From Piromyces finnis finn (taxonomy: Eukaryota > Fungi > Neocallimastigomycota): 53,689 nucleotides of DNA. Made by a program: the position numbers and the translations under genes. Below are positions 21,520 to 35,366 of the stretch, piece by piece. The stretch spans positions 1-53,689 of the forward strand of contig MCFH01000105.1 of assembly GCA_002104945.1 (NCBI GenBank). The letters run 5' to 3'. The stretch's first letter is position 1. Every line of letters starts with the position of its first letter. The notes beneath the pieces were generated by a model. It saw only the letters and a list, made by a program, of their open reading frames with translations, was not told where the DNA came from and searched no databases.

Positions 21520-24500
21520 AATCAAACCAATTTAAATGATAATAAACGAAATATAAATCATAATAATAATAATAATAACTTAATGACCATTGTTACTAAT
21601 AACAATGATAATAACATTTATAATAATGTGAACACTAATAGAAATTATAATAATAATAATGATAATAATAGTAATAATATCAATAATAATAATAATTTCA
21701 ACGTGGATGATTCTTTATTAAACAATAATAATGATGTGTACATACCAGAGTTTAATTCAATAAATGATAAAATTTCCTATAATATAAATTATGAGAATGG
21801 TAATCCCTCTAATTTAATGGTAGCTGTACGTAAAGGAAAAGAAAAGAATAAAAATAAGAATCTACCTTATATCGATGCCACTCACAAACCAAAGTTAAAG
21901 GATAATCCAAAGCCCATTCTAACAGGTGCCATGTTACACAATAACAAGTTACCTGAGTTGAGGTTTCCTAATGCAAGTAAAAATGAACAAATAACTAGTG
22001 ATAACATGGGTAGTTCCAATATCACTGATAATGATAAATTTAATAAAATAAATATTCAAGAAGATAAAAGTAATAAAAATGATGAAGACTTACTACCTGA
22101 GAATGATTCTAGAGATGAAGAAATGTTTATGGAAGAAGATATGGAATCTACAGCTGAATCATTGGAGTTGAATGTACCTAATGAAAAGGATCACGATAAG
22201 GAAGATGTTACATTAAATAGTGGTACAAAAATATTAAAGAATAATAAGAAAAAGAATAAAACAGAAAAATTAAATTACCTAATTCCATCTTTTGTTACTG
22301 AAAAGAATATAAGTAATGTTAAGAAACAAAATAAAAGAGAAAAATTAAAAGAAATAAATGAGAAAATTAATAAGAAGATAAATTCTGAATCTAAAGAACA
22401 AGAGAAATCTACTGAACAGAATACATCTAAAGAGCGGCATATAAATCTTATGGAAGACTTTGAAAAATATTATATTCAGGATTTAGTCAAAGAGGTGGCA
22501 TCTACCGAGGTTATGACTAAATTAGCCTATCTTCTTGATCTATTCCCTAAGTTTAGGACGGAATTTCTAAAAGCTCTTAAATTAACACCAAAACAGACCA
22601 TTACCAATGTAATGACTGTAATTAGTAGAAATAAAATAATTAAAGTTCATGGTAAAGTAGAAAATATTAATTGTGAAATTTTTCTGGATACTTGTGCTAG
22701 CGTAAATATAATTACACGCTCAGCTTTAAACAAATATAATATTAACAAACCTGCTATCGGAAGGATTTCAGAAACCATTTTCCAAGCTTATTCTAATTCA
22801 ACTACTGATACGGATATTTATGAGTTGGAAATATCTATTGGAAACAAAACTTTCACTGATTTCTTTAGGGTTATTGATAAGGATGATTTATTCGATATTT
22901 TAATTGGTGTTGATTCATTGAAAAGAAATAGATTTGATATAAATTTAGTAACAGACTCATTATTTTATGTTGATAACAATAATAATTACCTTAAATTGGC
23001 TGATTTATTATACGATATTAAACCTGCAGTAGTTACTCAGAATATGGATCAACGTGTTGAAGATTCGAACCCTATCTTGTTAACTATGACTGTTAGTAAT
23101 GATAATGATAAAGCACACAATACATTCGTTATGAAAAGGAATTATATTAATGAAATTATAAATACTATACCAGAAGAATATAAAAATTTAGTTTTTGATT
23201 TGTTTACAAAATTTGAAAGTGTTATTGCTACCAGTACTGATGATTTAGGTCAATCTCTATTGCTACCACATAAAATTGAATTGAAGCCGGATGTCCTTCC
23301 TATCAAACAGCGGGCTTATAGATTATCAAAATCTCAAACGGAAGCCTTGAAGAGTGAATTAACTAAGCTTATTAATAATAAGCTTATAGAACCGTCTAGT
23401 TCTACTTGGTCATCGCCGGTGGTGTTAGTTCCTAAAAAGAATAACAAATGGCGCATGTGTGTAGACTATCGCCGTTTAAATAATGTTACCATTAAAGACT
23501 CATACGCATTACCATTAATTGATGATATTTTTTATTTTATTAATAGAAACTCTAAAATACTTACTACATTAGATCTTTTTTCGGGATATCACCAAATCCC
23601 CATGCATCCAAATGACAGAGAAAAAACAGCTTTTACTACCATGTTTGGTAATTATAATTTTAGGGTGATGCCCTTTGGATTATGCAATGCCCCTGTTACA
23701 TTTCAAAGGGAAATGAACAGGATTTTTTTTGATTTAATTGGCACTTGCATGTTTATCTATATTGATGATCTTATTGTATTTTCTGAATCGTTGGAATCCC
23801 ATGTTGAAGATTTATCCAAAATATTTAAAATATTAAAAGATAACAATTTAAGAATTAATATTGAGAAGTGTTCATTTTTTAAAACTGAGGTAGAATTATT
23901 AGGTCATATACTTACAATAAATGGTATTTCTCCAATTCCTAATAAAATTAGTGTAAAGATATAAGATATATCTTTAAATTATTTAATAATTAATTATTAA
24001 TTATTAAATAATAAATTAATATTTAGTAAAACTTATTATAGAATTTTTGAATAAATTTTATGGAATAATTTAATAATAAATTGTTTTATAATAATTCCGT
24101 TAAAATTAAATTAAGATAAATATTTAAATTTAAGGAATAAAAGAATTTTAATTAAATTTAAATATTTCAAATATTTAAAATAATTAAAATATTTTTTTAA
24201 ATACTTTTTATTTAATTTTAGAATAGATTATACTTTTTTATTTAAATTTAGAATAGTTTAATAATTTTAACTTAGTTTTAAAAATAGATTTATTTATATT
24301 TCAATAGGAAATATATTAAGAATAGTATTGATAATATTAAATTAATTTATAGAAAATACATGAGCTTTATTCAATTTTGAGTTTACTCAAATTGAATTAA
24401 AAGTATAATGAATTAGTTTAGTTTAGTTCTGTTATTTTATTATTTAATTAAATTAGTTTTGTTTATTTTATATTAAATATATGTTTATTTAAATAGAATA

Positions 24501-26612
24501 ATATATTAGAATATAATTATGAAAAAATATAAATACATGTAATTTTTGTTTATTAAATCGATGTAATTGTTATTTTCAATTTTTTAATTATTAACTATTA
24601 TATAGCTAATAATATTTTTAAGAGTTTAAATAAAATGTTTTCTTAAAATAAAAATTTAATGTTTTATTTTTTTATTTTTGTGTTAATAAAAATTGTTTTG
24701 TTTTAAGTATGAAATCTGTTTTAAATTTTATACTTTTACAATTAGTGTGATCTCTAACTGGATACCACCAAAGAATGTAACCCAAGTTAAATCTTTCCTG
24801 GGAGCCATAGGTTACTATCGGAAATTTATTAAGAACTTTGCTCAAATAGCAAAATCTTTATTCAACCTTTTGAAGAAGGACGTTCCTTTTGTTTGGACTG
24901 AGGAATGTAACTCGGCATTTGAAGATCTCAAAGGTAGATTAATCTCAGCGCCTATTTTATCTGCTCCTGATTATTCCAAGCCATTTATAATTAGGACGGA
25001 TGCTTCCAGAGATGGGTTAGGGGGTGTCTTATTACAAAGTATGGATGATAAGACTGAAGTTCCAATCTATTTTGAGAGTAGGTCTTTATCTTCTTCGGAA
25101 AATAACTACAGTATCACGGACTTAGAGGGAAAAGCTGTCTTTCATTGTGTCAAGAAATTTAAACCCTTTATTACTGGAAACTCAATGGTTACTACGGTAA
25201 TTACGGATCATAAGCCTCTTGTTGATATCTTCGGGAATAGAGAACCTACTAATAGTCGTCACCTTAAGTGGGTTACGGAACTGTCTATTCTTAACGTGGA
25301 AGTTCGATTTGAAGAGGGGAAGAGAAATGTCATTGCGGATGCTTTATCTAGATTAAAGACAAAATCGCAGGAACATACAGAAGATAATTTGGATTGTAAT
25401 GAAGTGGTTAATATTATATGTAATATTAATAGAATTAATAATCAAAATATTAATAATTTTATGGAGGAATATATCAATAAAAGAATAATTAATATTGATG
25501 GTATTAAATATTACAAGCAAGGAGAGAAGCTCAGAAAAATCATTGAGGATATAGAGACCCAAGTTCAGTTGATAGAAATGGCACATAGTATTGGTCACGA
25601 AGGTATTTTCAAAACCTATAACAGGTTAAAAAGAGATTATTATTGGACGCATATGAAAGAAGACGTAGTAAATTATATTAAATGTTGTTACCGTTGTCAA
25701 ACACGTCGACCACAATCATTAAATAAAAACTCAGAAGATATAGCTACTCCTCCTGGATATCCTTTTTCCAGAGTTGGTTTAGACTTGATCGGGCCTCTTT
25801 CTAGAACAAAAAATAATAATAAATATATAATTGTATTAGTAGACTATTTAACAAAGTGGGTAGAAGCTGAACCATTAGCCACTGCAGAGTCAGAGGATGT
25901 AATAAACTTCTTAAAAAGAGTATTTGCTAGACATGGAGTTCCGGAAATTCTAGTGACGGATAATGGACCTCAATTTACATCGGACAAAACAAAGGCTTTT
26001 CTGGATCTTCATGATGTTTATGTGCAATACATTACTACTTATCACCCAGCTTCTAACGGTGAAGTAGAAAATAGAAACAGAGAGATCGGGAAATATTTAC
26101 GTCTTTTAGGAGAAAATACGGACGACTGGGATGAAACACTTTATAGTGCTCTTTGGGCTTTAAGGACATGCAAGAATGAAGTAACTAAATATAGTAGTTT
26201 TGAACTACTCTATGGTCGAAGAGACTTACAACCTTTTGAATTATCAATCAATATAGAAAAACGAAATGAACAAGAATCAGATGAGGAATATTGGCTACGT
26301 AAGTTTATCACACATGATAAATGGATTCGCGAAGCCATAAATAATATAGAAACAGCGAATAAATTATGGGAAGATCGCCGAAAACAAATTAAAAGAATGA
26401 AAAGTAATTACAAACCTGGGGATTTAGTCTTAATAAAGTTATTCAATAGGAGAAAGTTAGACCCATACTTTACCGGACCATTACGTGTTGTTAAGAAAGA
26501 GTTGAATACGGTAACGGTATGTGATCCTGTTACAGGTGAGATAGCAGAAAGAAACATTCATTTAAAGAATGTTATTCCCTATATCACCGAGATTAACTTA
26601 GACAATGAATAA
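21490..26612 (+). CDS. pol: Pol of element 3 (PR, RT, RNase H, IN), interrupted by solo LTR T at 23952-24740
   Basis: FLDTCA, MCVDYRRLN, YIDD, IRTDAS, TDHKPL, HSIGH...CYRC, GLDLIG, TDNGPQF, YFTGP. Removing the insert restores NKIS|VISNW in frame. Confidence 0.96.
23952..24740 (+). mobile_element. Solo LTR family T, copy 2, inside pol of element 3
   Basis: TGTAAAGAT...CTTTTACA with TSD ATTAG. Inverted homologue of 11206-11924. Confidence 0.88.
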
Positions 26613-26629
26613 ATGTACAGGTGGAGCTA

Positions 26630-26632
26630 ATA

Positions 26633-26669
<37 letters not shown>

Positions 26670-26672
26670 TAC

Positions 26673-26717
<45 letters not shown>

Positions 26718-26750
26718 AAAAAAATACATAATAATAATAATAATAATAAT
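26630..26750. repeat. (AAT)n microsatellite in the 3' UTR of element 3
   Basis: Visible trinucleotide runs. Confidence 0.9.
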
Positions 26751-27753
26751 AATTAATAAGTTTATACATACATATACACATCCATTCATATCCTTAATAA
26801 TAAGATAAATTAAATTAGTTACAATCATCTACATATATGAAGTGTATAGGATAAAATAATTCAATTATGAGTAACCTAAGAGTATAGAAACACAATATAA
26901 TTAAATAATATATATCCTCATTATATATAATATATAGATATAGGAAGTATAAAAAAATAAAATAATTAAATTATAATAATATAGGATTATTTATATATCA
27001 TCTATAAAAATCAGAATATGATAATAGATATGGATTCAAATAAATGAATATAGTAAATGAATAATAATAATAATAATAATAGTTATAATATAATTTAAGT
27101 AGAATTTCTATATGAACATATAAAAGGAGCATATGAATATACATACATAAAGTAGAAATAATGAGAGAATTAAATAGTACTAATATATATATATAAACAA
27201 CGGATATATGTAGAATAAAATATAATATGTATTATAAATCAAAATGAAATCATCAAATTTCTAATTAGAAAATATAGAAATGTAAATTGTGAAATTCATC
27301 TAGCAAATTCTAATTTATAAATATAATAATAATGATATATATATGATAATAAAATAATAAAGATAATAATATAAATAATATATAAATTAATAATTAATTA
27401 TGTTTATTCATTAACTAAGACAAGAAAAATACATATATATGTGAAGACTAGATAAAAACGTAACATTTAATTTCACATTCTTTATATATATAAAGCATAT
27501 AAAAAAAAACAGAATTTTTTAAACTTACCTAAAAAAAAAAAAAAAAAAAAAAAATATATATAATATTTTAGATTTAAATAATAAAAATAAAAAAAAATAT
27601 AAATTTTTTTTCATTTATTAGGACATTATTTTATAACAAAAATTAATAATTATAATCTAGGTAATATCAATACAACTATTAGTAATTTATTTAAAATGTA
27701 AACGGTAAGTTTAAGACTTCAAGGGACGAAGTCTAGACTAAGTGAGGGCGTTT

Positions 27754-28304
27754 TGATACGTTACCTCTATAAAAATAAGAAATTAGCATAAATTCTAGGT
27801 AAAAAGTAATTTAGGTTAGAAAATAGTAATAATATAATATTGTAGAATAAATTATTAATGTACATTAATGTACATAGTCAATAATAGTAATAATAATTCT
27901 AATAATATAGCGGAGTTATAGGAAAAATGATATAAAAATAGTATAAAAAGAACAAAGAGAAAAAAAAAAAAGGAATAATTAGTTGGGAAGAATATTTTGG
28001 AAGAGAATTATTTAAAGGAGTTAAATAATTCTATTAGGTTATATTATTTGTTCTTAAATATAAATTATTCTTATTCTTTTAATTGTAAAAAACCTTTCAT
28101 TCATTAATTATAAATAAAGATTGAAGATATAAAAAAAAATATTATATAAATTACATGTTTCTTTCTTTCTATTTTATTTATTAAAAGTATTGAAATTGTT
28201 ATTATTAACTTCCTTTATTAGAATATATTATTTTATAATTCCCTATTTGCTTTGTCCTAAAATAAATAAATTATTTTGTGGTACTTTATGAAAATATTGT
28301 ATCA
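27754..28304 (+). repeat. 3' LTR of element 3
   Basis: Matches 18589-18602 plus 19493-20031. Preceded by AAGTGAGGGCG. Confidence 0.95.
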
Positions 28305-28323
28305 TTTGTTGTGTAAGAATTAA

Positions 28324-29160
28324 TGTAAAATATTCTAAACTAAGTTCAGGTTTGTATACACTCAATATTCTAAACTACACTTTAAATTATTTTTAATTTT
28401 TATATTTTATTTATTAAATTATTTTAAAATAACTAAACTAAAACAACCGTTGATTACTTTACCGTGAAGGATATTTTACCAGAGCCCTCACTAGGTAATC
28501 AATATTTATTATTAAAAAAAAACAACTAAACTAATTATAAACTAATGTTAATTTATCTAAACAAAATTAACCTATACGATTTTCCAACTATCGTTTCAAT
28601 AGTTGAAAAATTTTCTTTATTTATACTTTTTAAATAAATTGAATAAATTCTAATATACATGTTTTAATATTATAATTTTACATTGTTTACATTTATACAT
28701 TTATTAAAAGAAATTATTTGTATTAAACTATTTAAATTCAATTTATTTACTAAAGAATTTTCTAAACTTAAAATAAAGTTTTGATTTATTTGCTATATGG
28801 TTGATTATATTTCAAACATATATTCAATTTATTTATTTCTAATTTTGAGGCTTAGTTTATAAAAATTTTTTTTTTATTATCTAAAATATTTATTGGTTAA
28901 AATTTATTTAATTTAAAATTTTATTTTATCATCAAAAACTTTATCTTATCATAAAATTATATTTTACATAAATTTATGTTAATGTATTGTGATATAAATT
29001 TTTGTAATTAAAAAATAAAATTTACATAAATTTATGTTAATATATTGTGATATAAATTTTTGTAATTAAAGAATAAAATTTACGGTACATTAATTTAATA
29101 CATTATACATTATTTTAAATACGTATTAAATACATTATTCTATTAATACAATATTTTACA
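28324..29160. mobile_element. Solo LTR family F, copy 2
   Basis: Homologous to 18603-19487. TSD ATTAA. Inserted 12 bp into LTR A. Confidence 0.92.
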
Positions 29161-29202
29161 ATTAATAATTATTTTTTGTATAAATTAATTCTTATTTAAT
29201 TA

Positions 29203-30305
29203 TGTAAAAGTTTTACTAAACTTATAATTTAATATTAAAATATTAAATTAAATAAAAGGTTAAAAGATAACTAGGTTAGAAAAAAAAAATGTTTTATTAA
29301 AATAATCTTAATTGATTTATAAATGAATAATTAAATTATATATTATGGTTAAAATAATTTCTTTTATTTTATTTAATGATATATTGCTAAAATATATAAT
29401 AATAAGATTATTTAGTAGTAATACTCATTAAGTATTAATTATTATTAATAGTTAATAATTTATAGTTAATAATTTAATAATTTATGGTTAATAATTTTTG
29501 GTTAATAATCTTTACAAAGATTTTAATTTCATAAACTATTCTAAACTATTTATACTATTTGTAATTTTACATTTAATAATAAAATAACTTTTCAATACAT
29601 GATTATATTCATAATATATTTTATAATACTTAAACTAAACTTAAGACTTATTCCTAATTATTAAAAAATAACTATTGTTTATAATATTCATAATATTAAT
29701 TATTTCTTAATTATAATATAATTCATTGAATATAATATTAATAATTATAATCCTCTAGTTCAAAGATTATAAATTATGTTATTGAAATAATTATTATAAA
29801 ATAAAGTTAATTAGTTCCGGAAAATAATTTTAATTTAATTAAACAATAATTTTTATACTTTGAGTGAATGATTTATGTTTGATATATCAGGGGTGATCAT
29901 TCTCTGAATAAACAATTAATCATTGCTAACAAAATATCTTTAAATTGGAATATCTCGTGAACCAGCAGAGATATTGACCTGATTTTAAGATATGTTGTTT
30001 GTCTCGAGCGTGGCTTTCTAACGAACGTAATTATAACCAAAACATTTTTATTCAAAAATCGTCATTCGTTGAGGAGATACGCGTGTTTTTCCTTATTCCA
30101 TTTTAACGATAAGGGTTAAAGTTATTTATTATAAAAATTATTAAGGGTTAAGGTCATATTTTAACCTTTTCTAAATTTTTAAATATTTCTTAATAAAATT
30201 TTATAATTTATTTGAAAATAAAATATTTGTTGATTTTGAAATTTCATAAGTGATTTCACAATTCCAAGTGATCTTGAAATTGTATTTTCACTAGTATTCG
30301 TGACA
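29203..30305. mobile_element. Solo LTR family E, copy 3
   Basis: TGTAAAAG...GTGACA with TSD AATTA. Inserted 49 bp into LTR A. Confidence 0.92.
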
Positions 30306-31237
30306 AATTATTTTTTAATTATTAAATTAATTATTTATTTAAACTATTAGCATACATTCATTTAAATTACTATAAACATTTATCTATATTGATATTAATT
30401 ATTCATTTACTTAATTTAAAATTTATTTAATTACTATATTAATTATTTATTTATTTAATTTAGTAATATATTTAAAATAATAGTAAACATTCATTTATTT
30501 TTTAATTAATAATTTTTGTATTACATTTTATAAGAAACATTATATATTTTATTTTACGTTTGTATTTTATATTTATGTATCGTATCTTGAAATAACTTAT
30601 AGAAACAATTAGAAAATATAAATACATATTAGGACAATCGGATATTAAAGTTTTTCCGGATTTTAATCGGTTTTACTTAATATTACGATGATTGATATAT
30701 TAGTTATCAATCGAATATCTTTTTAGGTTTTTCTTCTAGTCTTTTCCTAAATATTACGATGATTGATATATTAGTTATCAATCGAATATCTTTTTAGGTT
30801 TTTCTTCTAGTCTTTTCCTAAATATTACGATGATTGATATATTAGTTATCAATCGAATATCTTTTTAGGTTTTTCTTCTAGTCTTTTCCTAAAAAGATTA
30901 TTTGTTAAGATTAGAAATTCTTTATTAAACTTTAAATTATCAAAAAATTATAAATATAAGGACTCTGGAATTCCACTAAAGAATCCAGAGTTATTATTTT
31001 AAGACAATTATAATAAATAACCCTTTCAAAAACTATATTCATAAAAAATATTTACATTAATGATAGTCTTAATATTTTTTGTTTGTTATTATAATTCACT
31101 TATAATAAACTCTTTAAGATAAGTATTAATTTTTATTTACTATTAAGAAACTTCTCAATTTAATAATACATATTACGATTTGTATTATTATATTGTAGAT
31201 AATAATTATTATTAAATATATAATAATTATTACATGT

Positions 31238-32374
31238 TGATACGCTACTCACATAAAAACATGATAAAAACTAGCTGAGTAAACACGACTTAACCCATAG
31301 TAACTTATAATAAAAATAAACAATAATAACCCTTAAAGATGAATGAATAATAATTTTATGAAAATATAACCCTTTCTTTAAATAAATAATATTATCTTTA
31401 TTATATAATAAATTCTGAGTAAAAACGACCTAATAGTGATAATAATAAAATAAATTATTAAATAAAATAAATTATTAAATAAAATAAAACGACTTAATCC
31501 AATAATGTACTAAAATAATAAAATAATAATAAATAAATAAAAATGAATAAATAAACTAAAAATAAAATGATATACATCAAATTATTAATTCTAGTGTTTA
31601 TCCAAGTGTTCTTTAGAAATTCTCTTAAACTTATAAATTAAAAAAATAACTAATTGAGTAATTATTACTAAAATGATAAACTTAAAACCTGGAAATAAAA
31701 CAATAATAACAATTCCAAAGATAAAATACAGAACTCTTTTATGTTTCTGTATAAAATGAGTGTTTATAATAATTGATACTTTTAATATTTTAATTTTGTT
31801 TTAATTTTATTTTAATTTTATTTTAATTTTATTTTAATTTTATTTTAATATTATTTTAATTTTAAATTTTAATTATTTTATTCAAGGTATTATACATTTA
31901 ATGATAGTCAATGATAATTTATAATAATTTTTCTAAATTTAAACATTTTGAAGTAATAAGAAAATCAAATAAGTAATATTCTATAATATTTTATAATACT
32001 AAGACATAATTTTAATTTATTCTTTTAATTTTAATAAATAATAACAATAGTAATAATAACATTTAATAGTTAAAAATAATAATACATGTAATAAATGAAA
32101 ATGTATAAAAGGAAGATAAAATTCTTTTTTATAAAGGGCGGACAATAAATAGAGAATAAAAAGACCATAAACAGATAATAAATAAATTATAAAATATAAT
32201 AAAGATTTAATTTAAAACATAATAAGAGTTTATTTTCGAGTTTTGAGTGATTTATTTGTTAATTATAAAACATATTTTATTTTATTTTAAATTTATTGTT
32301 TCATCATTATAATATAGAATTTATTATTTATTAAAAACATTATATTATTCACAAATATATCGGTCAACGCATCA
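31238..32374. mobile_element. Solo LTR family G
   Basis: TGATACGC...CGCATCA. The 4-bp TSD TTGT is consistent with the stack. Single copy. Confidence 0.7.
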
Positions 32375-32377
32375 TTG

Positions 32378-35155
32378 TGATACGAAGAGGATATTATCTT
32401 AATTCTATAAATGAATATAGAAAGTGATGTGAAGATATTAACTGGATTTAAAACAAATTCAGATAATATCTATAATTAATTAAACATAATAATTAGAATT
32501 AAATAATCCCAATAATTATTTTAAAACACCTTTAAAAGTCACCTTTTAAATTTTGGTTCAGTGAAAGGGTTATGATTTCAAAAAATTTAATATCAATACA
32601 CTATAACCCTTAACCAAAAATAAACAAACACGAAATAAGTGCTACGGTTGTGAAACCAAGTTTATTAGAAAGCTTAAGGGAAAAGCTATATTTTGGTATA
32701 ATCGCGGTCCTTCTAACTGGTCATTTAAGGAAGATATGATCATTTGAAGATTTTAATAAGTAAATTAAAATTAATATGATATCAAGTATGGATCATAGAC
32801 ATTTCTTATGACTTGACGAAAATTAAAAAGATATCAATAGAAATTCTAATTATATTAATTTAATTAATGATAGTGACTGTTACTAAAAATAGAACTAAAC
32901 CATTTAGGTGTAACAGTTAACATTTATAAATTAAATAATTTTAATTATTATAAAATAGGTTAATGGATCAAGTGTTTAAATGATTAATCATATGTTTATT
33001 TTATTTTATGTCATGACAAAACAAACAAACAAACAAACAAACAATCTTATTATATTATTAACATATTACATGTAATACTTTATTTTTATCAATTTAATAA
33101 TCTGAACAAAGAATATAAAATAGAATGAATTGAATTTGGTTTTAATTCTTTGTAAAGATTATAGTTATAATCTTAATTATATAGTTATTAAATATATTAA
33201 CATTTATATTATTATTATTAATAAATAAATAAAATTTTATAAAAAAAGTTATTCTAAAGAATAAATATTAATTTTTCATTTGGAAGTTTAAAGGGTTATT
33301 TTATATTTAAATTTAATTTCTTAAAAACATATTTACTATATAATTGATAACATTCTGACCTGGCCGCATAACCAAATCCAAAAACTTAACAAGTGATAAT
33401 ATTTGTATCTAAAATTTAATAAATAAAAATAAATAAGAAAATAAAAATAGAATGAATGATTTTTATACTTGTTCATTTGCAAGTCTTTGTTAGTTTAAAA
33501 TATAAAATTATTTTATTTAATTATAAAGTTTTAATATTTAATATTTAATAACTCTTGTATTATTAAATATATATATGTTATGGTTTAATACATCTTGAAT
33601 GTATGTAAATATAATCACAACTATTATTTTAATAAAATTTAATATTATTATCTAATTTTTATGGATTATTAGGAACATCTTTTAAAATAAAATAATTCTA
33701 TCACTATTTATACAAAATTATTATTTTAAAGTATAATTATAAACAAATATAAACTATTTAATTTAAAACTAAATAAACAATTAAATAAACAAAAAGTTTA
33801 CATTTATAATTTTTAATTTAATAATTTTACACAAGTTAATTATTTTAATTTTTAACTATCTGTGTTTTAATATTATTATAATTATAATTATTATTATTAT
33901 TATTATTATAAATTTATAATTTATAAATTTAATTATTTATCAATATCTTCGCCCTTAAGATATAACTTCGTCCCTTGAAGTTATGAAAAGAAAAATAATA
34001 GATAAAGAATTAAATTTTATAAATAATTAAAGATCTTCATTTTATTACTTCTTCTTCTTCTTAGGATTTTCTTCTTTCTTTCTTTATATGCATGTTTAAT
34101 TTCCAATGTCCTCCATTAATTTATTTTTAATATATAATTTTCCGGATAGTTTTTCATAGTAGCTGCAGTGTCTTTTTCAAATAATTTTATTCTTCATTTA
34201 TATCCACATTAATTAAAGCTTACTTAAGATTTATTATTATTTAAAGTTTATTTTCTGATACTTTTATTCCATTATCCACATATTGTTTTGAAATTCATAT
34301 AAGTTTTTAGAAGTGGAGCAGTGGGAATATAATGTTTTTCATTCAGGTGAAATATACATTATAATTTTATTATTTTATAATATACAATTGGTATATTATA
34401 ATTGATTATGGATTTATAATTGAATTATATTATAATGTTTTTGTATTATAATATTGATTTTATTTTAAATAATTTGAATATTTAAAATTTTGATATTAAT
34501 GTTATTTATTTAATTATTGGAATTAAATATTTGTGAAATTTTTTTAATATATATTAATAATATATTGGAATATATTAATATATATTGTTGAAGTATTGTT
34601 AATTCCGATTTTAATTAATTTTGAAATTAATTAAATTTGAAGTAGCAGTAGTTTCCTATGGGGAACAGAGAGGTTCGCGTAATTCCCTCCGGCCTTAAGA
34701 TTAGCTACGCAGTAGATTTTTGGATTCTCCACCATTTGATACAATAGAAAATATTATCTTAATTCTATAAATGAATATAGAAAGTGATAATATTTGTATC
34801 TAAAATTTAATAAATAAAAATAAATAAGAAAATAAAAATAGAATGAATGATTTTTATACTTGTTCATTTGCAAGTCTTTGTTAGTTTAAAATATAAAATT
34901 ATTTTATTTAATTATAAAGTTTTAATATTTAATATTTAATAACTCTTGTATTATTAAATATATATATGTTATGGTTTAATACATCTTGAATGTATGTAAA
35001 TATAATCACAACTATTATTTTAATAAAATTTAATATTATTATCTAATTTTACTGGATTATTAGGAACAATTTTAAAATAAAGTAATTCTATCACTATTTA
35101 TACAAAATTATTATTTTAAAGTATAATTATAAACAAATATAAATTATTTAATTTA

Positions 35156-35186
<31 letters not shown>

Positions 35187-35311
35187 TTTACATTTATAAT
35201 TTTTAATTTAATAATTTTATACATGTTAATTATTTTAATTTTTAACTATCTGTGTTTTAATATTATTATTATTATTATAAATTCATAATTTATAAATTTA
35301 ATTATTTATCA
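32378..35311 (-). mobile_element. TRIM-like non-autonomous LTR element (LTR family H)
   Basis: Two ~575-596 bp LTRs (32378-33942 with nested I; 34737-35311). PBS TGGTGGAGAATCC at 34722-34734. Purine/hairpin tract at 33943-33981. 794-bp internal region with no long ORF. Confidence 0.85.
32428..33391. mobile_element. Solo LTR family I, nested 50 bp into LTR H
   Basis: TGTGAAG...CTTAACA with TSD AGTGA. Confidence 0.85.
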
Positions 35312-35317
35312 TTTTTT

Positions 35318-35366
35318 TGTAAGAAATTAGAATTAAACTTAAGTAATTCTATATTTCTTATTAAAA
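35318..35366 (+). repeat. First 49 bp of a family J LTR (element orientation +)
   Basis: Reverse complement of 327-375. Confidence 0.85.

Larger units (their letters stand above)
18589..28304 (+). mobile_element. Ty3/gypsy LTR retrotransposon, element 3 (LTR family C), full length with two nested solo LTRs
   Basis: ~551-bp LTRs TGATAC...GTATCA (18589-20031 interrupted; 27754-28304), 4-bp TSD TTTG, tRNA-Ala PBS, gag and pol, purine tract before the 3' LTR. Confidence 0.96.
28312..31234 (+). mobile_element. Solo LTR family A, copy 2, carrying nested F and E
   Basis: TSD TGTTG (28307-28311 / 31235-31239). A 71-bp unit is triplicated at 30680-30892. Confidence 0.9.

Noticed and set aside
5148-35366. 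Large inversion, because the 49 bp missing from the J LTR at 5147 appear inverted at 35318-35366
   Set aside because: Not adopted. The element next to 35366 (K) matches E only over ~20 terminal bases, and insertions ~50 bp into an LTR end recur throughout, so the shared breakpoint is expected. Not formally excluded.
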